Shown here one piece after another: positions 8,281 through 16,051 of a stretch of DNA of 32,000 bases (its first letter is position 1; the number at the start of each line of letters is the position of its first letter). The position numbers were made by a program, and so were the translations under genes. The notes under the pieces are model-generated. The model had not been told where the DNA came from and did not search any database. It saw only the letters and a program-made list of their open reading frames with translations. Location: contig NZ_JAGZUV010000003.1 in the NCBI RefSeq assembly GCF_018379785.1, forward strand, positions 1,584-33,583. Direction: 5' to 3'. This stretch comes from Desulfovibrio sp. (lineage in GTDB: Bacteria > Desulfobacterota > Desulfovibrionia > Desulfovibrionales > Desulfovibrionaceae).

Positions 8281-9486
8281 ATGCCCTTGTCAGACGCCAA
8301 AATCCGGGCTTTACCCCCAACAGATAAAAATCTGAAACTTTTTGACGGCGGCGGATTGTATCTTGCCGTCTCCCCTGCTGGCGGGAAAACATGGAGGCTC
8401 AAGTACCGCTTTGGGGGTAAAGAACAAACACTGACCATAGGACGTTACCCCCAGATTGGCTTGAAAGAGGCGCGGGAGAAAGCGCAGAAGGCGAAAGCAT
8501 CCCTTGAGCAAGGGATTGACCCCGGCCAGATGAAGAAAGCCGTGGCGGCAGCCCAGACAGGCGGCGGGGATTCTTTCGAGGCCATTGCCCGTGAATGGTT
8601 CGAGCGCAATAAAAGCAAGTGGACGCCCAAGCACGGGGAACGAGTGCTGTTACGCCTTGAGCAGAATATGTTCCCATATATCGGTAAAATTCATATCGGC
8701 ATTCTGACCGCGCCTCAAATCCTGTTGCCGCTCCGCAAAATTGAGGAGCGCGGCGCGATTGAAACGGCGCATCGCGTTCTTCAGGAGTGCGGTTGCGTAT
8801 GCCGGTACGCCGTGGCCACCGGACGGGCCGAGCGAGACGCCACGGCCGACCTCAAAGGCGCGTTGGCCCCGGCCATATCAAAAAACATGCCCGCCATCGT
8901 CACCCCCTCCGAAGTCGGGGGGCTCCTCCGCTCTCTGGAAGGCTATACGGGTTCCGAAGTCGTCAAAGCCGCCCTTCGTCTTGCCCCTCTCGTATTTGTG
9001 CGGCCCGGAGAACTCAGGCAAGCGGAATGGACGGAGTTTGACCTTGCCGGGAAGATTTGGATAATCCCCCCCGAAAAAATGAAAATGCGGCGGGAACATC
9101 GTGTTCCCCTTGCCAGCCAGAGTATGAGCATTCTTGAAGCCTTGTTTCCTCTCACTGGACGCGGCCGCTTCCTCTTTCCGAGCATGAGAAGCGCGGCCCG
9201 TCCCATGTCGGACAACACGGTCAACGCCGCTCTCCGCCGTTTGGGCTATGCTCAGGGCGAAATGTGCGGACACGGTTTTCGGGCTATGGCCTCGACGCTT
9301 CTCAATGAACGCGGGTGGGCTCCTGATGTTATAGAAGCCCAATTGGCTCATGTGGATGGAAACAGCGTTCGCCGCGCGTATAATCGCGCACTGTATTGGG
9401 AAGAGCGTGTGAAAATGATGCAGGAATGGGCGGATTATCTGGATGAATTGCGGGAAAACACTGGGGCACAGGACAGTAACAGATAA
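8281..9486 (+). CDS. int: tyrosine-type site-specific integrase (P4-like, DUF4102 N-terminal arm-binding domain)
   Basis: MPLSDAKIRALPPTDKNLKLFDGGGLYLAVSPAGGKTWRLKYRFGGKEQTLTIGRYP is the hallmark DUF4102/P4-integrase N-terminus. The C-terminal catalytic residues are present (R...HGFRAMAST...LAH...Y). Confidence 0.93.
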   Translation: MPLSDAKIRALPPTDKNLKLFDGGGLYLAVSPAGGKTWRLKYRFGGKEQTLTIGRYPQIGLKEAREKAQKAKASLEQGIDPGQMKKAVAAAQTGGGDSFEAIAREWFERNKSKWTPKHGERVLLRLEQNMFPYIGKIHIGILTAPQILLPLRKIEERGAIETAHRVLQECGCVCRYAVATGRAERDATADLKGALAPAISKNMPAIVTPSEVGGLLRSLEGYTGSEVVKAALRLAPLVFVRPGELRQAEWTEFDLAGKIWIIPPEKMKMRREHRVPLASQSMSILEALFPLTGRGRFLFPSMRSAARPMSDNTVNAALRRLGYAQGEMCGHGFRAMASTLLNERGWAPDVIEAQLAHVDGNSVRRAYNRALYWEERVKMMQEWADYLDELRENTGAQDSNR

Positions 9487-9568
9487 AAATCGTCATATAG
9501 ACTATAAAAAAATGTTTTTTGCTGAAAACAGGAAGTAATTTCCTCACGTTTCGCAAAAAGACCGTGCT

Positions 9569-9604
9569 ACACCTCCGTAAACACTATTTTACGGAGGTGT
9601 TTTT
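9569..9604 (+). terminator. perfect 13-bp stem hairpin plus T4 that contains the alpA Shine-Dalgarno sequence
   Basis: ACACCTCCGTAAA (9569-9581), loop CACTAT, TTTACGGAGGTGT (9588-9600), then TTTT and ATG 9605. Confidence 0.6.
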
Positions 9605-9820
9605 ATGTCTACAGTAATCCCTCATACTGGATTTATGCGGCTCTGGCAGGTGCTTGAAGTGGTTCCCATCAGTAAAAGCGCATGGTGGGAAGGCTGCAAG
9701 ACTGGCCGCTTTCCAAAACCCGTAAAACTTGGCCCCCGCACAACCGCATGGAAGGCCGAGGACATTGCCGCTCTGGTGAAGAAGTTGAGCGATCCCGAAT
9801 ACGCCGCCGAGGATAGATAG
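9605..9820 (+). CDS. alpA: AlpA-family helix-turn-helix regulator / putative excisionase
   Basis: MRLWQVLEVVPISKSAWWEGCKTGRFPKPVKLGPRTTAWKAEDIAALV matches the AlpA/Phage_AlpA pattern (...FPKP.KLGPR...W...I..W). Confidence 0.8.
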   Translation: MSTVIPHTGFMRLWQVLEVVPISKSAWWEGCKTGRFPKPVKLGPRTTAWKAEDIAALVKKLSDPEYAAEDR

Positions 9821-9828
9821 GCCCCGCC

Positions 9829-10548
9829 GTGCGTTGGATTAAACATCCAAGCACTTTTTCGCGCCACGCCGCCATGCTGGAACTGAGGGACATACTCGGT
9901 CCGGCAGGGTACGGCGCGGCGTGGCTTTTGCTGGAACGCATAGCGGAAGCGTGGGACGGCAACGGGGAGCCGGAATTATGCCTTTCCTTGCAGGAATGGA
10001 AATATGTATGCGGTGTTTCAAGTCAGAAATTTCAAAAACTGATCGAAATTCTACAACAGCACACAATTATTCAGACAGAAAATGTGCGGTTCCGGCTACT
10101 GGTAAAAGCATCTATCCTTTTGCAATTACAAGATGAATGGACAAGGAGAGTGCGCCAAAACTCCAAAGTGACTCCTGAGCTGGTCGGGAGTCACTTTGGA
10201 GCACAGACAGAGACAGATAACAGAAGAAAAAAAGACAAAAATACACCGCCGGGAGCGAGTCTGTCCTACCAAGTGGCGGGCGTGTTTCGTCGGCATGGGA
10301 TCATGCCGGGGTCAGACAGGGCGCGGCATATTGTAAGCCACCTGGAGGACAGACAGCCGCAGAATCCGGGCGGTTATCTGGAAAGTATTCTGCAACGGAA
10401 ACCGGATTTTGATCCCATGCCCCAAGCCTATGAAGACGGCACAATAAACAACAGACAACAAGGGCCGACAGCTACCGGGGATATTTTGCGCCGCATGGGA
10501 ATGGTCCAGCCGCCGAGGACTGACAGCGGCGACCATGAAGACGGGTGA
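9829..10548 (+). CDS. hypothetical protein; N-terminus reminiscent of the DUF4373 / replisome-organizer-like domain
   Basis: WIKHPSTFSRHAAMLELRDILGPAGYGAAWLLLERIAEAW resembles the DUF4373 pattern (F.H......D....L....G..GYG.YW.LLE.I), recalled from memory. GTG start with a weak RBS. Confidence 0.45.
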   Translation: MRWIKHPSTFSRHAAMLELRDILGPAGYGAAWLLLERIAEAWDGNGEPELCLSLQEWKYVCGVSSQKFQKLIEILQQHTIIQTENVRFRLLVKASILLQLQDEWTRRVRQNSKVTPELVGSHFGAQTETDNRRKKDKNTPPGASLSYQVAGVFRRHGIMPGSDRARHIVSHLEDRQPQNPGGYLESILQRKPDFDPMPQAYEDGTINNRQQGPTATGDILRRMGMVQPPRTDSGDHEDG

Positions 10549-10751
10549 TTTCATTTCCCGGCCGCTTTTTCTGTTTTCACAGAATAATATTCCATGATGA
10601 TGCAAAGTACATCATTTGAACTCTTACTATAGTTATCATCACTCTCTAATATGCCGAATGAAACTGTCATATCGCATAATAAAAGAAGGGAAATTGCGCC
10701 GTTCCATATCTCACGGCATCTTTCCTTGTGCTATGCTGTATCCGCTTTGGA

Positions 10752-10807
10752 GGGCAGGACAAGGGAAGTAGGCCCACCTTGCGGCGGTTCTCTTCCCGTC
10801 CTGCCCT
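10752..10807 (-). other. putative oriT: inverted repeat carrying an IncP (RP4)-like nic sequence on the minus strand
   Basis: Arm GGGCAGGACAAGGGAAG (10752-10768) faces arm CTTCCCGTCCTGCCC (10793-10807). The minus strand reads GGTGGGCCTACTTCCCTTGTCCTGCCC, against the RP4 sequence GGGTGGGCCTACTTCACCTATCCTGCCC (from memory). An AT-rich tract lies to the left and the traJ/traI-like operon to the right. Confidence 0.5.
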
Positions 10808-10860
10808 GCGGGGCTGTGCTTATTCGCCTTCGGCTCAACACAAAACAAGGCAGAACTTCA

Positions 10861-11562
10861 ATGAAAAAAGGCATGGCGCTTTGCGCCGGGATTCTCCGTT
10901 TGCTTCTGGCGGTTTCTCCGGCCAGCGGCGCGGATGCGGCTTTGCCCCCGGATGAGGGCACCCATATCCCCGCCCGTCTGGTGGAATCCGTGGCCCGTCA
11001 GGAATCAAGCCTGAATCCGTGGGCTGTGAACGTGGCGGGACGTGATTTTTATCCGGTCAGTCGGGAGGAGGCAGAGCACATCATAACGGCGGCAGAACGG
11101 GCGGGCGCTTCCTATGACGTGGGGCTGATGCAGATCAACCGTTGGTGGATACGCCGCTACGGTATTTCTCCCGCGTCATTGTTGAACCCGGACATAAACA
11201 AGAAGTGGGGAACCTGGATACTGGCCCAGGAGATTGCCCGCCACGGCTACAATTGGCGGGCCGTGGGCAAATACCATTCACCGGACGCCGAACGCGGCAG
11301 GCGCTATGCGTGGCGCGTGTACCGTTATTATGCGTCCCGGTCGGAACCTGGTTCACCCACGGGCAAGGAGCGTTTTCATGCCGAGCAAAAAACTGGCGCT
11401 CAAAACCTATCTGACGCCGGAGGAATACGACGTTGTTCTGGCCAGCGCCCGCAAGGCCGGATTGTCTCTTTCGACGTTCAGCAAACGGGTATGCCTTGGC
11501 TTTTCCGTGCCAAGTCTGGAACACCAGGAAGCCCGGCTGGAACTCCGGCGCTTGAAAGGTGA
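10861..11562 (+). CDS. lytic transglycosylase (SLT domain) with signal peptide, VirB1/TrbN-like
   Basis: Signal peptide MKKGMALCAGILRLLLAVSPASGA. Catalytic region ARQESSLNPWAVN...YDVGLMQIN. The last ~60 codons overlap the next gene out of frame and look like non-protein sequence, so the true 3' end is uncertain. Confidence 0.75.
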   Translation: MKKGMALCAGILRLLLAVSPASGADAALPPDEGTHIPARLVESVARQESSLNPWAVNVAGRDFYPVSREEAEHIITAAERAGASYDVGLMQINRWWIRRYGISPASLLNPDINKKWGTWILAQEIARHGYNWRAVGKYHSPDAERGRRYAWRVYRYYASRSEPGSPTGKERFHAEQKTGAQNLSDAGGIRRCSGQRPQGRIVSFDVQQTGMPWLFRAKSGTPGSPAGTPALER

Positions 11563-11698
11563 GCTGGCGCGGCTTGGCGGCCTGATTAAACAGGCGTTGG
11601 CCAGCGGCGCGGACAGGAGCACGGTTCACCGGCTTTTACATGAACTTGACGCCCGGCAGCGGGAACTGCAAGCGGCTATCGCCAGGATTGAAAGATGA
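11378..11698 (+). CDS. traJ: relaxosome accessory protein, TraJ(IncP)/MobC-like ribbon-helix-helix
   Basis: AAGGAG lies 8 nt upstream of ATG 11378. LTPEEYDVVLASARKAGLSLSTFSKRV...LARLGGLIKQAL parallels RP4 TraJ (LPDEKRAIEEKAAAAGMSLSAY...LGRLGGLLKLWL). The stop overlaps the relaxase ATG (ATGA). Confidence 0.8.
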   Translation: MPSKKLALKTYLTPEEYDVVLASARKAGLSLSTFSKRVCLGFSVPSLEHQEARLELRRLKGELARLGGLIKQALASGADRSTVHRLLHELDARQRELQAAIARIER

Positions 11699-13332
11699 TC
11701 AGCCGACGCATCCCCATAAACCCGACGCATGATCGCTATCCCCGTCTTGCCGCGTACATTGCCGACGCTGGGCATGGTGGGGAAAAATGTCTTATGGCGT
11801 GGTGCGCGGGCTGTCTTGGCGGTGAAGATTACGCGGAAGGCGTCGCGGAAGTGGCGGATGTTCAAGATTGCAACACCCGCGCCCAGGGCGCGAAGACCTA
11901 TCACTTGCTTGTGAGCTTCCGGCCCGAAGACGAGACTCGACTTGCGCCCGAAGTCTTTCAGGACATAGAGCGGCGTTTTGCCGCCGCCTTGGGGTATGCC
12001 GAGCACCAACGGCATTGCGGCGTACATCGGGATACCGCCAATATCCATATGCACGTCGCCTACAATATGATCCATCCGGGCACGTACACCGTACACAAAG
12101 AGTTCCGCGATTACTGGATACGGGACAAGCTATGCCGGGAACTGGAACGTGAATACGGCCTGCATATTGACAACGGCCGGGAGCAACTCGGAAAGGACCG
12201 GATCAATGACAAAGCCGCCGCGATGGAAGCGCACAGCGGCCAGCAATCTTTCGTGTCCTATGCCAAGAGCCATGCGGAGGACCTGCAAGCGGCCCTTGCC
12301 GGAGCCGGAACATGGGAGGAAGTCCATGCCGCTTTTGCCCGTTACGGACTGGAAATCCGGCCCCGCGCCAATGGCCTGATTGTTCGGGACCGTCACAGCA
12401 AAAACGCTAACAGAGCGGCCAAGGCCAGCGACGTGGCCAAGGGGTTTTCCCTGAAAAAATTGCAAAGCCGGTTCGGGCCGTTCGTTCCGCCCCTGGCACC
12501 GGAACGCTTCACCGGGCAGGACCGCTATGAAGCCGCAACACTCTGCCGGGGACCGCACCGGGGAGAATTGTTCCAAGAGTACAAGCGGGGAATTGAAAAC
12601 CGCATAGCCTGTCTGCAAACGCTGAAAGAAAAGGAGGATGCGACTCTGGACGCCATCCGTCGCAAATGGGAAGTAAAGCGGAATGAGCTTGACCGGCTGA
12701 ACATCGCCAAGCGCAACCGGCGCAATCTGATCGCCATTGCCCGCAAACGCGAAGCCGAGGAAAAGGCGAACGCCCGGCTGTCGTTTCAGGAGCCCCGGCA
12801 GGAGGTTCGTCGGGAGATTCCCTATGCGTCATGGACCGCTTTTTTACAATGGAAGACGGAACAGGGCAACGAAACGGCTCTGTCCATGTTGCGTTCACAC
12901 GCAGGAGGGGCCGAGCCGGAAAGAGAACAGCGGCCCCCGGATGTTGCCTCCCTACGGGCGCAGTTTGCAACCAGGGAAAGGAACGCGCAAGAAGCGCCGG
13001 GCGTGAGCGGCAAAGGCAAGACGCGCCTGTTGGCCGCGCTGCGTATGGAACGGCTTGTAGCGGAGGAGCGCCAGCGGCATGGAGAAAACACCCCCTGCAT
13101 GTTCGACGGAATCACATGCCGGGTAGATGGAAAAGGCGTGGTGATTTTCACCATTCCCACCGGGGGCACCGTGCGCGATACGGGTAAGACGGTGCTGTTT
13201 TCCGCAGGGGACGCGACGGCGCGGGAAGCGGCAAAACGCTACGCTCAAAGCAAATGGGGGCTACGCATTGTCATGGAGGAAAACGGTTTTTCTCTCGGAA
13301 AAGAAAGAGCGCGGGAACGTGGCGGACGGTAA
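11695..13332 (+). CDS. traI: conjugative relaxase, IncP TraI-like (MOBP family)
   Basis: The N-terminus parallels RP4 TraI: MISRRIP...LAAYIAD (catalytic Tyr21 against LVKYITD), KTYHLLVSFRPED, and GYAEHQRHCGVHRDTANIHMHVAYNMIHP (against HHDTDNLHIHIAINKIHP). Confidence 0.92.
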   Translation: MISRRIPINPTHDRYPRLAAYIADAGHGGEKCLMAWCAGCLGGEDYAEGVAEVADVQDCNTRAQGAKTYHLLVSFRPEDETRLAPEVFQDIERRFAAALGYAEHQRHCGVHRDTANIHMHVAYNMIHPGTYTVHKEFRDYWIRDKLCRELEREYGLHIDNGREQLGKDRINDKAAAMEAHSGQQSFVSYAKSHAEDLQAALAGAGTWEEVHAAFARYGLEIRPRANGLIVRDRHSKNANRAAKASDVAKGFSLKKLQSRFGPFVPPLAPERFTGQDRYEAATLCRGPHRGELFQEYKRGIENRIACLQTLKEKEDATLDAIRRKWEVKRNELDRLNIAKRNRRNLIAIARKREAEEKANARLSFQEPRQEVRREIPYASWTAFLQWKTEQGNETALSMLRSHAGGAEPEREQRPPDVASLRAQFATRERNAQEAPGVSGKGKTRLLAALRMERLVAEERQRHGENTPCMFDGITCRVDGKGVVIFTIPTGGTVRDTGKTVLFSAGDATAREAAKRYAQSKWGLRIVMEENGFSLGKERARERGGR

Positions 13333-13368
13333 GAAAACATCCGCCGAGTTCCCGCATAGAAAAGTCTC

Positions 13369-14073
13369 TCAGACTATGAATGGAGAGACGGCGAAATACA
13401 GACCGATGCCGATCACCAGCAGTCCGGCCAGCTTTCTCCCCCATTGAGTCGCAAGACGCATTCCTTTGGCTTCCACAAGCCGCTGACTCAGCGCCACGGA
13501 ACTTCCCGCCAGAACAATGGGCAGGCAATGCCCCAAAGCGAAAAACAGGATCAAGGCTATCCCTTCGACAACTCTCTGTTGTACGGTGATAATGGCCAGA
13601 ATGGGCGCGATGAAGCCGAATGTGCATGCCCCGGATAAAATGCCGTAGGAACCACCCAGGATAAAGGCCCCCCGATACCCCCGCATGGTGAATCCGCTCA
13701 GGGTCTTGCCCGGCAGGCGGCACTTGGCAACGCCCATGAGGTCTAGGCCGAGCCAGACCAGCAAGACCCCCACCGGCACCCCCCATAAGGGGGAAATATC
13801 CCCCAACATGCGGCCGAGCAACGAACAGATCACGCCCACCACGGCGATGGAGAGGAATAACCCCAGGCTGAACACGCCAGCATATCCCGCCGCTTCTCTC
13901 CCTTGAATCTCGTGCCCCTGGCCAGCCACGTAGCCCACCATGAGCGGGATGGAGGCCAGATGACACGGACTGAACAATACGCTGACCATACCCCATAGAA
14001 AGCAACCGAGAACCGCTAGCGCAAAGGTATCAGTCATCCACATATTGATGGTCAGTAAAAACTGGTTAAACAC
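13369..14073 (-). CDS. ccdA: cytochrome c biogenesis protein CcdA / DsbD-like transmembrane thiol-disulfide electron transporter
   Basis: Six-TM protein with the two conserved Cys motifs (LFSPCHLASIPL and ILSGACTFGFIAP) typical of the DsbD_2/CcdA family. Confidence 0.85.
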   Translation of the reverse strand: MFNQFLLTINMWMTDTFALAVLGCFLWGMVSVLFSPCHLASIPLMVGYVAGQGHEIQGREAAGYAGVFSLGLFLSIAVVGVICSLLGRMLGDISPLWGVPVGVLLVWLGLDLMGVAKCRLPGKTLSGFTMRGYRGAFILGGSYGILSGACTFGFIAPILAIITVQQRVVEGIALILFFALGHCLPIVLAGSSVALSQRLVEAKGMRLATQWGRKLAGLLVIGIGLYFAVSPFIV

Positions 14074-14157
14074 GTATTTGCCCCAGGTAAAGCGTGAGAG
14101 AATAAATATGGGAAAAGCAACTTGCGTAGCTTTTCCCTGTGTGCCTGCCTAAACAGT

Positions 14158-14523
14158 TTATTCTGCAAGCAGAGCATCAATTTTTGTTTTTATACTCGCC
14201 TCATCTAAGAAACCTGTATGGCGTTCCCGCTCATTTCCTTTTTTGTCATAGAAAATTTGTGTCGGTATGGCTTGTATCCCGTATTCAGATTTCATGTTTG
14301 TATTTTCCCAAACATCAACAAACAATATGGAGGCTTTGCCTTCATAGTATTTGCCGACTTTTTCCAGAACAGGAGCCATCATTTTGCATGGAACACAGCT
14401 TTTTGCCCCTAAATCAAGCATTGTCACCGTATTGGGAACAGGAATTTGTTCCGGCGCGGCATAGGCGGCGGAAAAAGACAACATGAGGACAAAAGTGGAA
14501 AACAACAGCGAACGCTTGAACAT
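14158..14523 (-). CDS. secreted thioredoxin-fold protein (TlpA/thioredoxin-like, CVPC active site)
   Basis: AGGAG lies upstream of ATG 14523. Signal peptide MFKRSLLFSTFVLMLSFSAAYA, then LDLGAKSCVPCKMMAP...IPTQIFYDKKG (thioredoxin fold with cis-Pro). Confidence 0.85.
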   Translation of the reverse strand: MFKRSLLFSTFVLMLSFSAAYAAPEQIPVPNTVTMLDLGAKSCVPCKMMAPVLEKVGKYYEGKASILFVDVWENTNMKSEYGIQAIPTQIFYDKKGNERERHTGFLDEASIKTKIDALLAE

Positions 14524-14580
14524 GGTTGCTCCTGATAAAGTGCTAGAGTGTTTTAAAAAGTTAGGGCAGAACAAAACCGG

Positions 14581-15024
14581 CTAGGCTTGTTCTGAAAATA
14601 ATTCAGGGTGGGCTTGGGGAAGGTTGCCCACAAAGTCGGCTATCTCATCACGTACTCGTCGGTAGTATGTCAAAGCCTCTTCCTCGGTTTTGGCGTTTTT
14701 CGCCAGTCTTGGCGGATCGTCAAATCCGTGATGCTCAATTTTTGCTCCACCGGGAAAATAAGGGCAATTTTCCGCCGCGTCTCCGCAGAGCGTAACGACC
14801 AGATCAAAATCGACGGGCGGCAAATCCAGGAGACTTTTGGGGAGGTACGTGGAAATCATTATCCCCTTTTCCGCCATAGCCTGTACGGCCAAGTAGTCCA
14901 CTTCACGGGCCGGAGCAGACCCCGCCGAGTGAACTTGCAATTGTGGCCACAGCTTCCGCGTCCAGCCTTCGGCCATTTGACTGCGACAGGAATTACCCGT
15001 GCAGAGGAAAAGAATTGTCTTCAT
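14581..15024 (-). CDS. arsC: arsenate reductase, LMW-PTPase type (thioredoxin-coupled)
   Basis: MKTILFLCTGNSCRSQMAEGW P-loop, plus the Cys82/Cys89 pair (LCGDAAENCP). Confidence 0.92.
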   Translation of the reverse strand: MKTILFLCTGNSCRSQMAEGWTRKLWPQLQVHSAGSAPAREVDYLAVQAMAEKGIMISTYLPKSLLDLPPVDFDLVVTLCGDAAENCPYFPGGAKIEHHGFDDPPRLAKNAKTEEEALTYYRRVRDEIADFVGNLPQAHPELFSEQA

Positions 15025-15058
15025 GATGACTCCGTAGATAAAGTCTATTATTTGTTAT

Positions 15059-15074
15059 TTGGCAATATAGCAAT
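15059..15074. promoter_or_regulatory. degenerate copy of the ars palindrome in the AT-rich gap upstream of arsC
   Basis: TTGGCAATATAGCAAT matches TTGGCAAAATTGCCAA (18648-18663) at 12 of 16 positions. It lies in the 175-nt AT-rich spacer between arsM and arsC. Confidence 0.3.
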
Positions 15075-15199
15075 ATATATGCCACTATAACATGCTTAAA
15101 ATATTATATTTATGTTTCACCCTTCTGTATCATTTTTAACCATCTCTGTGTCGGTTGGATGAAAATGATACAGAAGAGCATCGTGCAACTTCAAACAGG

Positions 15200-16045
15200 C
15201 TATGGTTTTTGCGCGGAAACGATGGCGCTGGTCATAACATCGTGGAGCGTCTTTTCCGGGGGAAGCGATTGACGGATTTTCGCGTACAGAGGATCGTCGC
15301 CCGATTCCATAGCTTCGATGTAGCCGGACTTCTTATCCAAAGAGATATGAATAAAGCCGCATTCCTTAAGAATGTTTTTCGTTTCTTCCAAGAGAATGGC
15401 CCCGGATATGCAACCGACCAGGGCCGCAACGGAATCCATCACGTTTTCCGAGAGTTCTTCCAGCAGCACAATATCAGATACGGAAACCTTGCCGCCGGAC
15501 CGCAACACACGGAAAATTTCCTTCCAGACTTGCGGCTTGTCGGGGGAAAGGTTGATTACGCAATTTGACAGAACCACATCCACGGAGTTGTCGGCCACCG
15601 GCAAATGTTCGATTTCACCCAAGCGAAACTCGACGTTATCAAGACCGGAATGTTCCCGATACCATACGCAGGCGTTCCGCGCCTTGTGAAGCATTTCCGC
15701 CGTCATATCCACGCCGATGACCCGGCCGGATTTCCCGACTCGCGGGCCTGCCTGAAACACATCGAAGCCGCCGCCCGATCCCAGGTCCAGAACCACGTCC
15801 CCTTCTTTCAGAGAGGCCAGGGCCAAGGGATTGCCGCAGGAAAGGCCCATATTGACGCCTTCCGGCAAGTCGTTAATGTCGTCTTCCGAATATCCCAGAC
15901 TTGCGGCCAAGGTTCCCGCATTGGCGCTTGAGCAACAGCCTTGCCCACTTCCACAACATGATTGCGTGGAACCCAAAGCGATACCGGCATAACCTTGGCG
16001 GACTTTCGCCCGCATTTCTTCTTTTTGGGTACTATCCATCGTCAT
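15200..16045 (-). CDS. arsM: arsenite S-adenosylmethionine methyltransferase
   Basis: N-terminal Cys cluster CCGSGQGCCSS, SAM-binding motif VLDLGSGGGFDVF, then VIGVDMTAEML, NVEFRLGEIEHLPVADNSVDVVLSNCVINLSPDK, and a further conserved Cys (VGCISGA). Confidence 0.9.
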   Translation of the reverse strand: MTMDSTQKEEMRAKVRQGYAGIALGSTQSCCGSGQGCCSSANAGTLAASLGYSEDDINDLPEGVNMGLSCGNPLALASLKEGDVVLDLGSGGGFDVFQAGPRVGKSGRVIGVDMTAEMLHKARNACVWYREHSGLDNVEFRLGEIEHLPVADNSVDVVLSNCVINLSPDKPQVWKEIFRVLRSGGKVSVSDIVLLEELSENVMDSVAALVGCISGAILLEETKNILKECGFIHISLDKKSGYIEAMESGDDPLYAKIRQSLPPEKTLHDVMTSAIVSAQKP

Positions 16046-16051
16046 TGCTTC

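Noticed and set aside
10651-10860. N-terminal 70-aa extension of the transglycosylase ORF (track start 10651).
   Set aside because: The extension has no signal-peptide logic and covers the AT-rich/inverted-repeat oriT-like region. ATG 10861 gives a canonical signal peptide.
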